DNA of 64,000 nucleotides, taken from NCBI RefSeq assembly GCF_009914755.1, contig NC_060934.1. The stretch is one strand, 5' to 3'. A model generated the notes under the pieces. The model searched no databases, had not been told where the DNA came from, and saw only the letters and a program-made list of their open reading frames with translations. This DNA comes from the human T2T-CHM13v2.0 reference genome, Homo sapiens. Made by a program: the position numbers and the translations under genes. Positions 13,326 through 24,520 of the stretch are shown here, piece by piece (within the stretch, counting starts at the first letter, position 1; every line of letters begins with the position of its first letter).

Positions 13326-16300
13326 ATGATGCAAGGAAATAAGAAGTGCACAGACGCGTTCAGCGACTCCTCCAGCATCGGCAGCGTGTTGGATGATGCA
13401 GACAGGGAGGTGAGCAGCCTAACAGACCGGGCATTCCGGAGTTTGTGCATCTCCGAGGACACATCCTTCCATGACTCCTATCTGGCTGTGTCCCCGGATA
13501 TCACCCGACAGGTGTTTGGGACTTTTCACCAGAGAACAGTGGGCCACACCCAGAGGAAAAGTGGCATTTGGAGCCAGTTACCGTCACAGGGCACGGAACA
13601 TTCGGGCTGGGCGGCCACCTTCCAACAGCTACCCAAGTACGTTCAGGGAGAGGAAAAGTACCCCAAAACCAGCCCCCCACCAACGCCAGTCCAGAGGAGA
13701 CTGGAGGTGCCAGTTTCCGGCCTAAGGAGCAGCAATAAGCCTGTCTCCAAAGTATCAACACTAATTAAATCTTTCGACAGGACCGAGAGCCAACGTTGTG
13801 AGAGCAGGCCCACTGCCAGCAAGCCTCCGGCTCTGAAAAATCCTCCCAAATTCGCTCCTCTTCCAGAAAACAGTGTCAACTTCTGCTTCGATTCTGCCTT
13901 TCTGACAGTCAGGAGGGTGCCCGCTGAAGTTTCCAACACCCATCAGAACAGCTACCAGCCAGGCAGGAAGCACGGAGAACAGGAGTCCTCCAAGAATCCA
14001 GAAATGGCCTGTCACGGCTCCAGCAGCTTCCTCCCAGCAGCCAATGACACGGCCACCTTATGTGAGTCAAAGTTCCCCTCTCCACACCACAAGCCAGTCA
14101 CGGGTGAGCCTGGGAGAGGCAAAGGTACCTTTCTGCACAGTGAAAATAGTGCTTTTGAGTCATGGAATGCCCACCAACCAAAGCTGCTGGAGAGAAAGGA
14201 CACAGCTGGAACCGTCCCAGAAAGCAAAGCTCCCAAGCACTATGGGGACACGACCTTGCTAAGAGAACCCTGTCCTCCTGAGCGCACAGTCTCTCCCTGC
14301 CAGGTCCAGGCCAGCTGCAGTCAGGAAGAGAACAGACTCGCAGCAGGGGCTCTGTCCACATCTATACCCTGGGGGTGCAGGGATCCAGGAGCCCAGGTAT
14401 TTGCTGTGGAAGGAAAAGCTCCCAGCTCACAACCTGATTCTCAAGAGAAGCCAGCCCAGCCCCCATGGAGGAAGCCAAAGACTGGCAAAAAAGGGAAAGA
14501 AAGTCTACAAGATACTTTAGAAGAAAAGACACAGACCAACCAGAGAGGCCCACCTTTGTATACAAAACACAACCCCCAGGAACAGTTTTCAGAAAACAAT
14601 GCTCTTGACCTGCCTGTGGAACCCAATGAACATTATGATCCCCCCTTTAACATCAGTAAGCTCCTGACCCCCATCATACCCAGCAAGCACGCCCTGGATT
14701 CAGCAGACAGCCAGCCAGCAGAGCGAACCCCATCACCCCCAGGACAGCTAAACGGATACCAAGAGAAGGAGCCCAGTGAATGTCAGTCTCGAGACAGCTA
14801 CAAGTCCAAAGCCCCTAGCCTGCTGTTCAACCTCAAGGACGTGCGGAAGCGTGTTAAGAGCACATACAGTTCCTCACCTCTCTTGAAAGTGCTTGATGAG
14901 AAAACTAGAGGTAAGGTTGATGGAAAGCAAGAACCTGTGAGCAACGGTGTCATCCTCCCCAATGGGCTTGAGGAAAGCCCTCCAAATGAGCTTTCTAAGG
15001 AGAGACCCGCTGATGACCCCACTGCATCACACATCAATCCCCAGAAGGACCCTACAGCTGACCCCAGTGAGCCCTCTGCAGACAGCTATCTAACTCTTAG
15101 CACAGCTCCGACTATCGCCAAAGCCCCCTTCTATGTCAATGGGGAGGCTGCTGAGAGAAGCAGTTATGAGAACAAGGAGGTGGAAGGAGAGTTGGAGATG
15201 GGTCCTGCCGGATCCAGCTGGTGTCCAGACTCCAGGGAACACCGCCCCAGGAAACACCTCTCCCTGAGGCTTTGCAATAGGGATCCTGAGCCTGGAGGGG
15301 CTACAGAGAAAATGAAGACCCACCAGCTAGAGAATGGGCTCTCCAGATCTGTGTCCCAAGAGACAGAACCTGAGAGGGAAGCAGGACTTCAGAACACACA
15401 TTTGAACCAGAAATTCTCCCCAGGGCCCCTCTCTCCTGAGGAGGAAGATGTGTTTTACAGTGACAGCCAATCCGATTTTATGCCAAGCCTCAAAGGTAAG
15501 GCCAAATTCAGCACCAGCTCTTCAGATCAATCCTTTGCCTCATTTGATGATCAGCAGAAGATGTGGTTTACTGAGAACCAGCGGGAAGACAGGAGGAAGG
15601 ATGTGAGTGCAGGTGACAGTCAGAAGGATGAGAAGGAGAATGTGATGCGGAAGGATGAGCTGCAGTACTGTGCCTTAAGCAATGGGCACGCATGCCTGGA
15701 AAACCGCAGCCAGGGGGAAGCATTGCAAAGAGAAAGGGAAAGTGTGTCTGGAGGAAGAACCAGGAAGGCATCAGCAGAGGAAGCTAATTTCAGAGGCTCT
15801 TGGATTGGGGAAAATAAGGGCACAACCTTTTCACAGGCCAAAGACCTTACTCCCTCACCATCTTCTGCTTCAAACAGGCACATGCTGTTTACGATTAAAG
15901 ACAACACCCTCAGAGCTACCCCCGTAATTAAACCTATCATGCTGCCTCTCCTGAGGACCATGTCCTTGGAGGACTCCCTCAGCAGTGGCCACAAAGAGGA
16001 GGAATTGCCAAGGCCAGAATGGGGTGAGGATCCTGGGTTTTGTGCCCCCGAAAACCAGGACATTCTTGGTACATCGACACCCACTAACACACGGGGCACA
16101 CGTGTGAAGTGCATGGCCAACGAGGTCATGGAGGACCCTGGGCAGGGGTCGAGCATGGCCAGGATGGAGGCCTCTCAGCCAGCCCCAAAGGGGAATTTCC
16201 CATCTATGCCTCTGGTGGGAGAGGGGGACCGGGTGAAGGCACCACCAGATGCTGCACCTGGCCTCGTGGCAAGCAATTGCAAGAGCGGTTCTGCAGACTC

Positions 16301-17633
16301 AGGGAAGCTGGCAGCCCCATGGCACATCCCCACCATTGCTTTACCCGAGGGCGACATAGAAGACCAGCCACCCCCATGGCAGCCCGAAAACTGTTGGGAA
16401 GAGCAAACACCAGGTTTCAAGAGTCACTTTTTGTCCACACCCAGAGCAGGGCCCCCTGGCAGAAGACTGGTCCCCAGTGAGAGGGCGAATTCCCCCAACC
16501 CCGGCTCCCCCGGGGAGAGCAGTGCCTGCTCCCCTGCTGCCAGCAACATTTGGGAGGAGTCTTCCCAGGCCCCTGGAGGACCAGAGCTGCTTCCCGAGGA
16601 GCCTAATCAAGCCAGCCCCTGGGCCAGCTCCAGTCCTGCCAGGGTCACCCGGAGGGAGGACCTGACCCACGCCCTCGTGTGGGAGGGCGGCTCTGACCCC
16701 CTACTTGAGCTGTCGGCAGAAGACCTCCGGACCCTCTCTCCAAGAGGTTCATTGCTGGATGTGGCCACCAGCCCAGCAGGCACCTCTGGGAGACTTGAGC
16801 TTCCTGCACAGCTAGAGAGGACAGCAAGCAAGCCACCTGCAGTCCCACCCAAAACAGAGAAAGCCCTGCGGCGGGCAAAGAAGCTGGCAAGTAAGAGGAG
16901 GAAGACGGATCAGGCTCAGGAGAAGCATGGCGAGTCACAGGAGGGAAAGCCCTGCCCGGAGGACTTGGAGCAGACACAGCAAAGGCCGCTGTGCCCCAGA
17001 GAGAGGCCCCGACACAATTTCCCCGTGGTCCGTTCCCTGCCCCCTCCCGTGCACCGCCACTCCGTGTCCGGCTTCTCGGAGCCTGTCGGGAGGCGGCCCG
17101 GGGGCCCCCAGTCCCTCACACCCCTGCCCGCGTACCCCGCCACCCAGAAGGTCCTCCAGGATCCGCAGTCCGGGGAGTACTTTGTCTTCGACTTGCCACT
17201 CCAGGTGAAAATCAAGACCTTCTATGACCCAGAGACGGGCAAGTATGTCAAGGTCTCCATCCCGTCCTCCGAGGGGGCCTCCCCAGAGCCGCCCCCACCG
17301 GACGCCCTGGCCGCTCCCTATGTGCTGTACCCCGGCTTCCAGCCAGTGCCCGTGACGGCCTTGATGCCGCTGCGCTGCTCCTCTCAGCTCTCCGCGCCCA
17401 CCTTCCTCAGGCAGGGCCCTCGTGCCTCCGCGGCCCGCGCCAGGACCCAGAGTGTCCACGAGTCTGGACTACAGCTGGACCCAGGGCCTCACGGTGACTG
17501 CACCCCGCACTCTGCAGGCCAGCGCCCTCATGGTCCTCCCCAGAGCCCAGGAGAGGAGGGTGTAGAAGCTCCAGGCCTGGGCATCATCTCCACTGACGAC
17601 CTAGAGGACTTTGCCACAGAAGGCATTTCTTGA
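13326..17633 (+). CDS. C10orf71: C10orf71 / CEFIP, cardiac-enriched FHL2-interacting protein (1435 aa), complete CDS within one exon
   Basis: Seen: uninterrupted 1435-aa ORF MMQGNKKCTDAFSDSSSIG...DDLEDFATEGIS, rich in Ser/Pro/Glu. Known: length and termini match human C10orf71, the C-terminal DUF4585-type block TQKVLQDPQSGEYFVFDLP...FYDPETGKYVKV is present, and DRGX is the neighbouring gene. Confidence 0.97.
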   Translation: MMQGNKKCTDAFSDSSSIGSVLDDADREVSSLTDRAFRSLCISEDTSFHDSYLAVSPDITRQVFGTFHQRTVGHTQRKSGIWSQLPSQGTEHSGWAATFQQLPKYVQGEEKYPKTSPPPTPVQRRLEVPVSGLRSSNKPVSKVSTLIKSFDRTESQRCESRPTASKPPALKNPPKFAPLPENSVNFCFDSAFLTVRRVPAEVSNTHQNSYQPGRKHGEQESSKNPEMACHGSSSFLPAANDTATLCESKFPSPHHKPVTGEPGRGKGTFLHSENSAFESWNAHQPKLLERKDTAGTVPESKAPKHYGDTTLLREPCPPERTVSPCQVQASCSQEENRLAAGALSTSIPWGCRDPGAQVFAVEGKAPSSQPDSQEKPAQPPWRKPKTGKKGKESLQDTLEEKTQTNQRGPPLYTKHNPQEQFSENNALDLPVEPNEHYDPPFNISKLLTPIIPSKHALDSADSQPAERTPSPPGQLNGYQEKEPSECQSRDSYKSKAPSLLFNLKDVRKRVKSTYSSSPLLKVLDEKTRGKVDGKQEPVSNGVILPNGLEESPPNELSKERPADDPTASHINPQKDPTADPSEPSADSYLTLSTAPTIAKAPFYVNGEAAERSSYENKEVEGELEMGPAGSSWCPDSREHRPRKHLSLRLCNRDPEPGGATEKMKTHQLENGLSRSVSQETEPEREAGLQNTHLNQKFSPGPLSPEEEDVFYSDSQSDFMPSLKGKAKFSTSSSDQSFASFDDQQKMWFTENQREDRRKDVSAGDSQKDEKENVMRKDELQYCALSNGHACLENRSQGEALQRERESVSGGRTRKASAEEANFRGSWIGENKGTTFSQAKDLTPSPSSASNRHMLFTIKDNTLRATPVIKPIMLPLLRTMSLEDSLSSGHKEEELPRPEWGEDPGFCAPENQDILGTSTPTNTRGTRVKCMANEVMEDPGQGSSMARMEASQPAPKGNFPSMPLVGEGDRVKAPPDAAPGLVASNCKSGSADSGKLAAPWHIPTIALPEGDIEDQPPPWQPENCWEEQTPGFKSHFLSTPRAGPPGRRLVPSERANSPNPGSPGESSACSPAASNIWEESSQAPGGPELLPEEPNQASPWASSSPARVTRREDLTHALVWEGGSDPLLELSAEDLRTLSPRGSLLDVATSPAGTSGRLELPAQLERTASKPPAVPPKTEKALRRAKKLASKRRKTDQAQEKHGESQEGKPCPEDLEQTQQRPLCPRERPRHNFPVVRSLPPPVHRHSVSGFSEPVGRRPGGPQSLTPLPAYPATQKVLQDPQSGEYFVFDLPLQVKIKTFYDPETGKYVKVSIPSSEGASPEPPPPDALAAPYVLYPGFQPVPVTALMPLRCSSQLSAPTFLRQGPRASAARARTQSVHESGLQLDPGPHGDCTPHSAGQRPHGPPQSPGEEGVEAPGLGIISTDDLEDFATEGIS

Positions 17634-17703
17634 GTTACTGCAGGCTGTCCCCCACCCCCAGATGAACCCAGAGGAGCTTACTTCCCCCTCCCCCAAAACA
17701 AGC

Positions 17704-17704
<1 letters not shown>

Positions 17705-17752
<48 letters not shown>
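17705..17752 (+). repeat. (AC)~24 microsatellite in the C10orf71 3'UTR
   Basis: Perfect dinucleotide run starting ~70 nt after the stop codon. Confidence 0.97.
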
Positions 17753-17754
<2 letters not shown>

Positions 17755-18574
17755 TCATCAACACATACTTAGCCTTTTTAGATCCATAAAGTCCAGAAGG
17801 CAGTAGGGATCCCAAGACGACCTCACCCAAAGGGCTCCCTGGCTCTCCTCTGATGGAGGGGCACTGCTTGCTTGGCCCGGTCCCCTCCGTGCCAGTTCCC
17901 AGGCGCACTCTACTCCAGCCCTTCTCCCTCTCTCCCTTCCTCCCTCTCCTGGCCCACCCTGCTCTTCCCTCGCCCTGCAAATTAGGTGGGTGTGGCAAGG
18001 GCACCGCCTGGTCCCAAGTGTCCCTCTGTACCCACACCCACCCACTCACTTGTAAGCTCCTTGATGAGCAAACCCCTAAGGCCCCCAGCTCAGACTCAGC
18101 AGGCATTCAGGTCAACTCAGGCAGACTGGCTAAGGACCAGCCCAGGGCAATTTTGCAGAAATGATCATTTGCACAGAATGGGTTTCCTTCACAGGGAGAA
18201 ACTTGCCTCTGAAAGCTATTTTCTGATCAAGAAAAGGCCCACTTTTTAAAAAGTGAAACAAGTTTGCAGATACGGTTCTCTTCCTGGACTCCTGTCTTCC
18301 TTCTGTGGGCAGTAGGGGTCAGGGCTGACAGAGCCACCTCCCTGTCTACCACAGTCTGAGTCTGGCGTCCCACCTTGTCCCTTCAACACCTGTCCATGCC
18401 TTCTCAGGGCCAGGCCCTCCAGTGGGTCCTGACTGCGCTGATTTAGTAACCAGTACCTGTGCCCTCCACTCAAAAAGAAAGTGTGTTCACACCCTCACCC
18501 CCCATCAGTTCCTGACCTTTGGGGATTTGGAGGGAAGTGTTGGGATTAACTGAAGAGTTTGAGAGTTTTACCTA

Positions 18575-19320
18575 ATGAAACGGATCCACTGGCCCAGCAC
18601 AGTAAAGCCAAAATCCACACTGAGGTTTGCAGTGGGAGAAAGGAGGGTGTTTATTTGCAGGGCACCAAGCAAGGGGAATCAGGCAGCTCACGCTTAAAAC
18701 CCAACCTCCCCCGTGGCTTGCAAGCATGGATTTTTAATGACAAGGGAAATGTTCAGGAAAGCCAAAGTTACAGGTGAAATTGTAAATCAACACATGGAGG
18801 GTACACATTGGTTCGGCCTAAAAAGGCAGGATATCTTGAACCAGGGACTTACGGGTCATAGGGTGGAGTCAAACATTTTCTGAATTGCAATTGGTTAAGG
18901 AAGAGAAGCTTTGTTTTAAAATTTGGGTTAGCAGAAAGGAATGTTAGCTCTGGCTTGTGGGTGGGACTTCCCCCAGGCCCCCCAGGAAGAAATATAGAAC
19001 AAAGAGCCGTGCTCAGAGTTCAGTCCTCAGCTCCCTCTTCTCTGAGGTCTCTGTGCCAGTGGATCCGTTTGGTGGGGGTCTGGGTTTCTGAAAAACAACT
19101 CGGAGTCAGAAGTTGAGATGTTCTTTTTAATTTCCAGAGGGAACAAAACACCCCAGGACTCTGGCTTCCTTCGCTGTTGTTTTAGGTTATTATTACCTTC
19201 CTGCTTATCAAGTTGTTCATTGGCTTCTTAGGGCTAGCTAAGTGCCTGGAATTTCCCTTGAAGGAAACCAAGATTTTCCTGTATTTCCATGGTTGGGGAG
19301 GGGACCCTGCTCGATCTTCA
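18575..19320. mobile_element. ERV1-class LTR (family not assigned)
   Basis: GTTTATTTGCAGGGCACCAAGCAAGG...GGGGGTCTGGGTTTCTGAAAAACAACTC resembles antisense MER4-group/ERV1 LTRs. Confidence 0.6.
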
Positions 19321-21149
19321 GAGCAGGTGCCCTCTTGCAGGCAGCCGGCTAGGAAGGAAACCAGCACCCAGGGTATTGATAGGTTTCCATGCCACGGCTT
19401 CTACAGAAGCCTCTTAATTCTTGTTCTACTGGAAACACAGGGGCAAAACGTGCCTCCCTCTTTGTTTAGAAACCTCAGCAGCTGCCAGGACTATGCTGCC
19501 CAGGGCCCAGGGGACCACGCAAGATGCATTGTCCTTGTCCTGTTGGCAAAGGCGCCATTTCCACACTGGGAGGATGGGGAGGCATTCAGTAAACCAAGTC
19601 CCAGACTCACACAAATACAGGGGCTTTGATTTGGATTCAAGATTTTATACCTTTTTGTTTTCCCAACAAGTGCAGCCACACCTGATTTTCATTGTGAAAA
19701 TACCACACAACGCCCCCTCCTTTCCTCCCAACCAATGCCATTCAATTTGGCCACACCTGTTGCCAGCCACGCAACCAGCCAGGAGTGCAAGCAGATCACT
19801 ATCCCAAAATCTGGTTCCCATGAGTCGCTCACTGGGTGCAAGCGACAAGAACAAAGCTGCATTTTGGCCTGCCTCCAAATCACCTCAAGCATCCTCTCCA
19901 CTTTGTTTTCATCTCACTAAAACATGAGAAGGAATATCTCATTTTGCAATTCTCAGGGTCCAAGGAAAAGAATTGTCTAACGAAGGAAGAGTCCATCTGT
20001 TCAATAAGAACCACGGTTATAGTAACTATGTCCCCACAGGAGAAAATATTACTTTGGGGAACTTATTTTGGGGAAGCGATCTTCTTCCTTAGAACCAATA
20101 TTGGCAAGGCTGTGGGTAGAACTAAACACATAAAGTCTTGCTCCCAGCAAGTCAGCTAGAAGGACGCCTCACTCCCTTACAGCAATGGGCCTGTCTTCCT
20201 GAAGCACAGAATGCCTCCAGGGAACACAAGCAGAGAGTCTCCATCCAGTGAAGCCCAACTCACTAGCCAGTGATGTTTTCCTCTTTCCATTTGCTCCTGA
20301 GGGAGGTCATGTATGCCTTCTTCCTTCCTCACGCCCTCCTTCTTTCTCCCTTCCTTGTTTCCCTCCCTCTCTCCTTCTCTCTCTTCCTTTCTTCTTTCCT
20401 CCCTCCCTTTTACAAACATTTGCACTGTGCCAGGCACTTTGATGGGCGCTGATGGTACCATGACAATAAGATCTGGTCTCTGCACTCAAGGAGTTAAAAT
20501 CTAACAGAGAAGAAAGATAATTACAATCCCACATGTTACGTAATTTAATAGGTTGTTCTGAGGAACACCTAACTTGCTCTGGCTTCAGGGGTTGGCACCT
20601 GAGCCAAGTCAAGAAACACAAAGCTGTCCATTAATTTATGAAAAAATTCAGAATTTCCCCAGCTTTAATCTATCAAAGATGACATTGATTAAATACTAAT
20701 AGATTTGTCTTGCTATATCAAAGCATATTAATTTAGCTAACTGTTCATCAGCATTTCTAATCAGCACAAAAGCTGAACCAGTGTAGCCTCACAGGATAGA
20801 CCTTGGTTGATACGTCTTTCAGCTTCTGAATTGATATTTCACTCACAGGGGTTGCCCAGCAAAACCACTATTTCTGCCATTGTGTTTAGTAGGACAGTGG
20901 TGAGATTTATGACAACATGTTGTTTGTGGAAATTACAGATGTTGTCTGCATCTTCTGTGTAGTACCCTGGCCCTTTTCTATGAGTATGACCCCTCTAAAT
21001 GTCTCCTGGGGAGAGGACATGGAGGTGGAGCACCTCCAGGAAACAGTTGAAGGTCCCGGGTTGTTCAACTAAACATGACCAAGGGCTCACATTGTCAAAC
21101 ATGTACCATGCACTGGCCCATGAGTGGGGAGCTTGAGCCTGGACTTGGT

Positions 21150-21310
21150 CCTCCCAGCAAGCCCTTGAGAGAGGCCCTCATTAGCCTCATTTTACTGTAA
21201 AGGAAACAAAGGTGCCAGGATGGGATGTAACTGCCCACGGTCACAGAGCCACTAAGTGAGGGGCCATGCCAGGGTCTTGGGCCCCTCTTACTTCTAGGTG
21301 GACTCTTTAA
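21150..21310 (-). mobile_element. MIR fragment
   Basis: CCTCATTTTACTGTAAAGGAAAC...GTAACTGCCCACGGTCACAGAGC. Confidence 0.6.
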
Positions 21311-21317
21311 TACTCAA

Positions 21318-21460
21318 CCAGTACTTCGTAAGTGCGGTCCCTGCAGCAGCAGCCTCCACATCACCAGGGGCTTGTGAGAAGTCCAGAATCCCTATCTCCA
21401 TCTTCACAAGCTTCCCTGGGTGGTTGATCCATTTGTGCATTGAATTCTAAGTGCTGTCAG
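21318..21460. mobile_element. MER5A-like hAT-Charlie fragment
   Basis: AAGTGCGGTCCCTG...CATCACCAGGGGCTTGTGAGAA...ACAAGCTTCCCTGGGTG. Confidence 0.55.
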
Positions 21461-21625
21461 TCTCTGCTTAGCCTGTATAAATTTTGGGGAGGTGCATTGG
21501 ATGTCTTCATGTCTCCACAGCAATGTCTTGTGCAAAGGAAGAGAGCAGCACATCTAGGTGGGGGAGTTGCAGGGAGATGATTGACACTCAATGTGAGAAA
21601 GGCATCTCTGAGGACGAGCATCATC

Positions 21626-21924
<299 letters not shown>

Positions 21925-22946
21925 ACTAGGATCGTCTTGACATTACGTCAACTGCTAGGGATAACTGAGCTCCCTGCCACTGGAAATGTACAATGGAAGC
22001 TGATGACCCCTTTCCTAAGACAAGGATGGATTCAGGTATCAGAAGGGACCTAACTATCTTTTGGGACCCCAGGCTACTTTTGGGGCTCCAGTATGCCACC
22101 GGCAAGGATGCAAGGTCTCAACAAGGAGTGGCCATAGGCACATGATGGAAAACATTTGCATACAAAAGGGGAGCTCTGTGGCAAAACCTGAACTCTGTGC
22201 ATGTAGGAAACATTTTGGCCTAGATACACCATGAAGTTGAACACACCTGTTTGTACAGGTCTTCCAAATCATTCAGATGTGAAGTCCAAAGTGAGTGGAG
22301 CAAACTCGGAGCCACATCCCTGAGCTTGTCACCACCAGAGTCTTGTTTAGGCTTCCTCAGTGTCACCTCACAGAGCCGCCTGAGCAGAGGGGTCTTCCCT
22401 TCCACCAGGTGGATGGGTGGGCTCCTCCCTTAGCTGCTGGCTTCTAGCAGAATGCTCCAGCCTGCCTGGGCCTCAGAATCATCTGTGCACTTGTTAACAC
22501 TTGTTATTCATCCCAGCCCTATTTCCAATTCACCTCATCAGATTCTCCAAGTGTGGGAAAGAGTCAATGCAGAGGTGCAAATTCCCGGGAGTTTCTGGTT
22601 AAACCAGTCTCACAAATGCCACTCCAGAGCACAGTTCCACATCTGGGCCCCACATACTGGCCAGGAGCTGCCAGGCCCAGAGTTCTGCTCAGGGGAAACA
22701 CCCTCCTGTGGAAGGTTATGTGGAGGTAGGACCTGGGGCAAGAAGAACTCAGAGGCACTACTTTCTCCATGTGGAAGCGGTGAATGGGGAAAGGTATGAC
22801 AGCCCTTGAGGGCCACCCAGTGCAGCCTCCAGCCCTGCGCAGAGCCACCTGGCCTGCTTCCTGCTGTCACACCTTCCTCTCCTCCTCCAGGTGTGCCCCA
22901 AAGCTCTATCAGGAGGCTACTCTTCCACAGAAGGGAGGAGGGGCAT

Positions 22947-23535
22947 TGTTAGAAATAAAGACTTCCCTTTGAAGGAAAGTTCAAACTTTCCCTCTGAAGG
23001 TTCCATAATTGAATCTGCTGAGATAAACTGACAATAGACAGATTAACCAGAGAAAAGGCCTACAAATTTATTAACATGCAAGCCCAGGGGAGTTGCACGA
23101 AGTGTGCAACTCTAAGAAGAACCAGATGGTTGAAACTTAAATATCCTCTTTGTAGAAGAGAGGGAGTTGGGGGTTGCAATTCTGAGGAAGAGTAAATGAT
23201 TTTTTAGGGAAGATAAATGGGTCCAAAGAACAGACAATGGCCTAGAGCAAAGTTCCCCTGGGTCCCGGGTGTGGTATCCACTCCAGTCGTCTTTCCAAGC
23301 CTTCTTTCCTGTAAGTTCATCTCTGTTTGACAAGCTAGGGAAGGGAGTCCAAGACAACTGCATTCCTTCTGGAGGAACTTCCCTTAGTCAAGAAAGCCCC
23401 TCCTTGCCCTTCGGGAGAGGCAAAGAGGTGTGGGACAGGGTCTAGAGAAGGTCAGAGGGACCTTGGTTCTGGGGCTGCTTCTTCAGTTCAAAGTATTCAG
23501 CATGTCAACGCACCACACTTTAGGGTAACACTTTA
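22947..23535 (-). mobile_element. ERV1 LTR, MER34/MER39-like
   Basis: AACTGACAATAGACAGATTAAC...AAATTTATTAAC and TTCAAAGTATTCAGCATG...TTTAGGGT are typical of antisense MER34-group LTRs. Confidence 0.6.
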
Positions 23536-24170
23536 AACTGGGTGAAGCCTGGGGCTCTGACCTACGCAAGTAGATGTCCGAGGATGAAGGTGCTCCACTA
23601 ACCACTATCCCCAAACAGGGAGTTAACCTTCTTGTGCTCATCATTTGCCAAACTGTGGTTTAGTTTTTAAGTCCTTGCACTGTCTCAGAATTTTTCTCGA
23701 GCCTCAGCTTGCTCTGGGCACTGTCACATGGATGCCATTTCCCTGGGTCCTTGTCTGGCATCAGTCCTGCTCCTGGGTCCCAGCCCCAACTCCCACCGCT
23801 TGTGGCCATCCTTCCTGAGCTTCAGAGCCCTCCCTTAGGCCCCTTCATGAGAACATTGTCAGCACCTGCCTTCCTGTCATTCGTGATCATTCTTCTATTT
23901 TCCTCTGAATTTGGAAACCTTTGGCTCGTGTGGTCCTCTTTCCCATTTACAAAGGCCATATACGTCACCAGTCTCCTTTGGCATTCCCGTGCTTTCACCA
24001 GCCCATTCCTCCTCACTGATGTAGCCTGAAAAAGTCAGCAGGCCAAGTCAATAGTTAATCGAACAGTTGGCTTCTAGCAGAGACTGCCAGCCAGTGCTGA
24101 CAGAAGTGGAGACCTCGTTGCTGCTTTCTTGCACTTGTAGTCTTCATGTACTTGTGTGAGGAGTGACCCC

Positions 24171-24313
24171 TGCACAGGGCAAGGTGATCGCAGTGCCCCC
24201 ACCCCCCATCTGTCCTGACTCACACACAGTTACTACATCTCCATGCACAGGGCAAGTTGATCTCAGTGGGCGCCCCCATCTGTTCTGACCCACACACAGT
24301 TACCACATCTCCA
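24171..24313 (+). repeat. Tandem duplication, 2 x ~70-73 bp
   Basis: TGCACAGGGCAAG...CCCCCATCTGT(C/T)CTGAC(T/C)CACACACAGTTAC(T/C)ACATCTCCA at 24171-24243 and again at 24244-24313. Confidence 0.9.
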
Positions 24314-24369
24314 CTGTCCAATGTGCTGGTTTCCCAAAAGGCGGATACCTCTTGATTGAAACCTTTTGA

Positions 24370-24520
24370 CCAATGCTCCACATCACTAATCATTAGGGAA
24401 ATGTAAATCAAAACCACAATAAGATACCACCTTATACCCAATGGATGGCTACTATCAAAAAGAAAATGGAAAATAGCAAGTGTTGGCGAGGGTGTAGAGA
24501 AATTGTACACTGCCTGGTGG
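24370..24520 (+). mobile_element. Short L1 fragment
   Basis: CATCACTAATCATTAGGGAAATGTAAATCAAAACCACAAT...CAAGTGTTGGCGAGGGTGTAGAGAAA. Confidence 0.8.

Larger units (their letters stand above)
13183..18270 (+). other. C10orf71: C10orf71 terminal exon (143-nt 5'UTR part, CDS, 3'UTR); 3' end approximate
   Basis: Seen: acceptor CCTTTTTCTTTTGCAG ending at 13182. The 3' end is inferred from an A-rich non-canonical signal region (18229-18258) followed by a pyrimidine-rich tract; no AATAAA is present. Confidence 0.7.

Noticed and set aside
15620-17459. Antisense and alternative-frame ORFs up to 178 aa overlapping C10orf71
   Set aside because: Expected shadow ORFs of GC-rich coding DNA, with no independent evidence.
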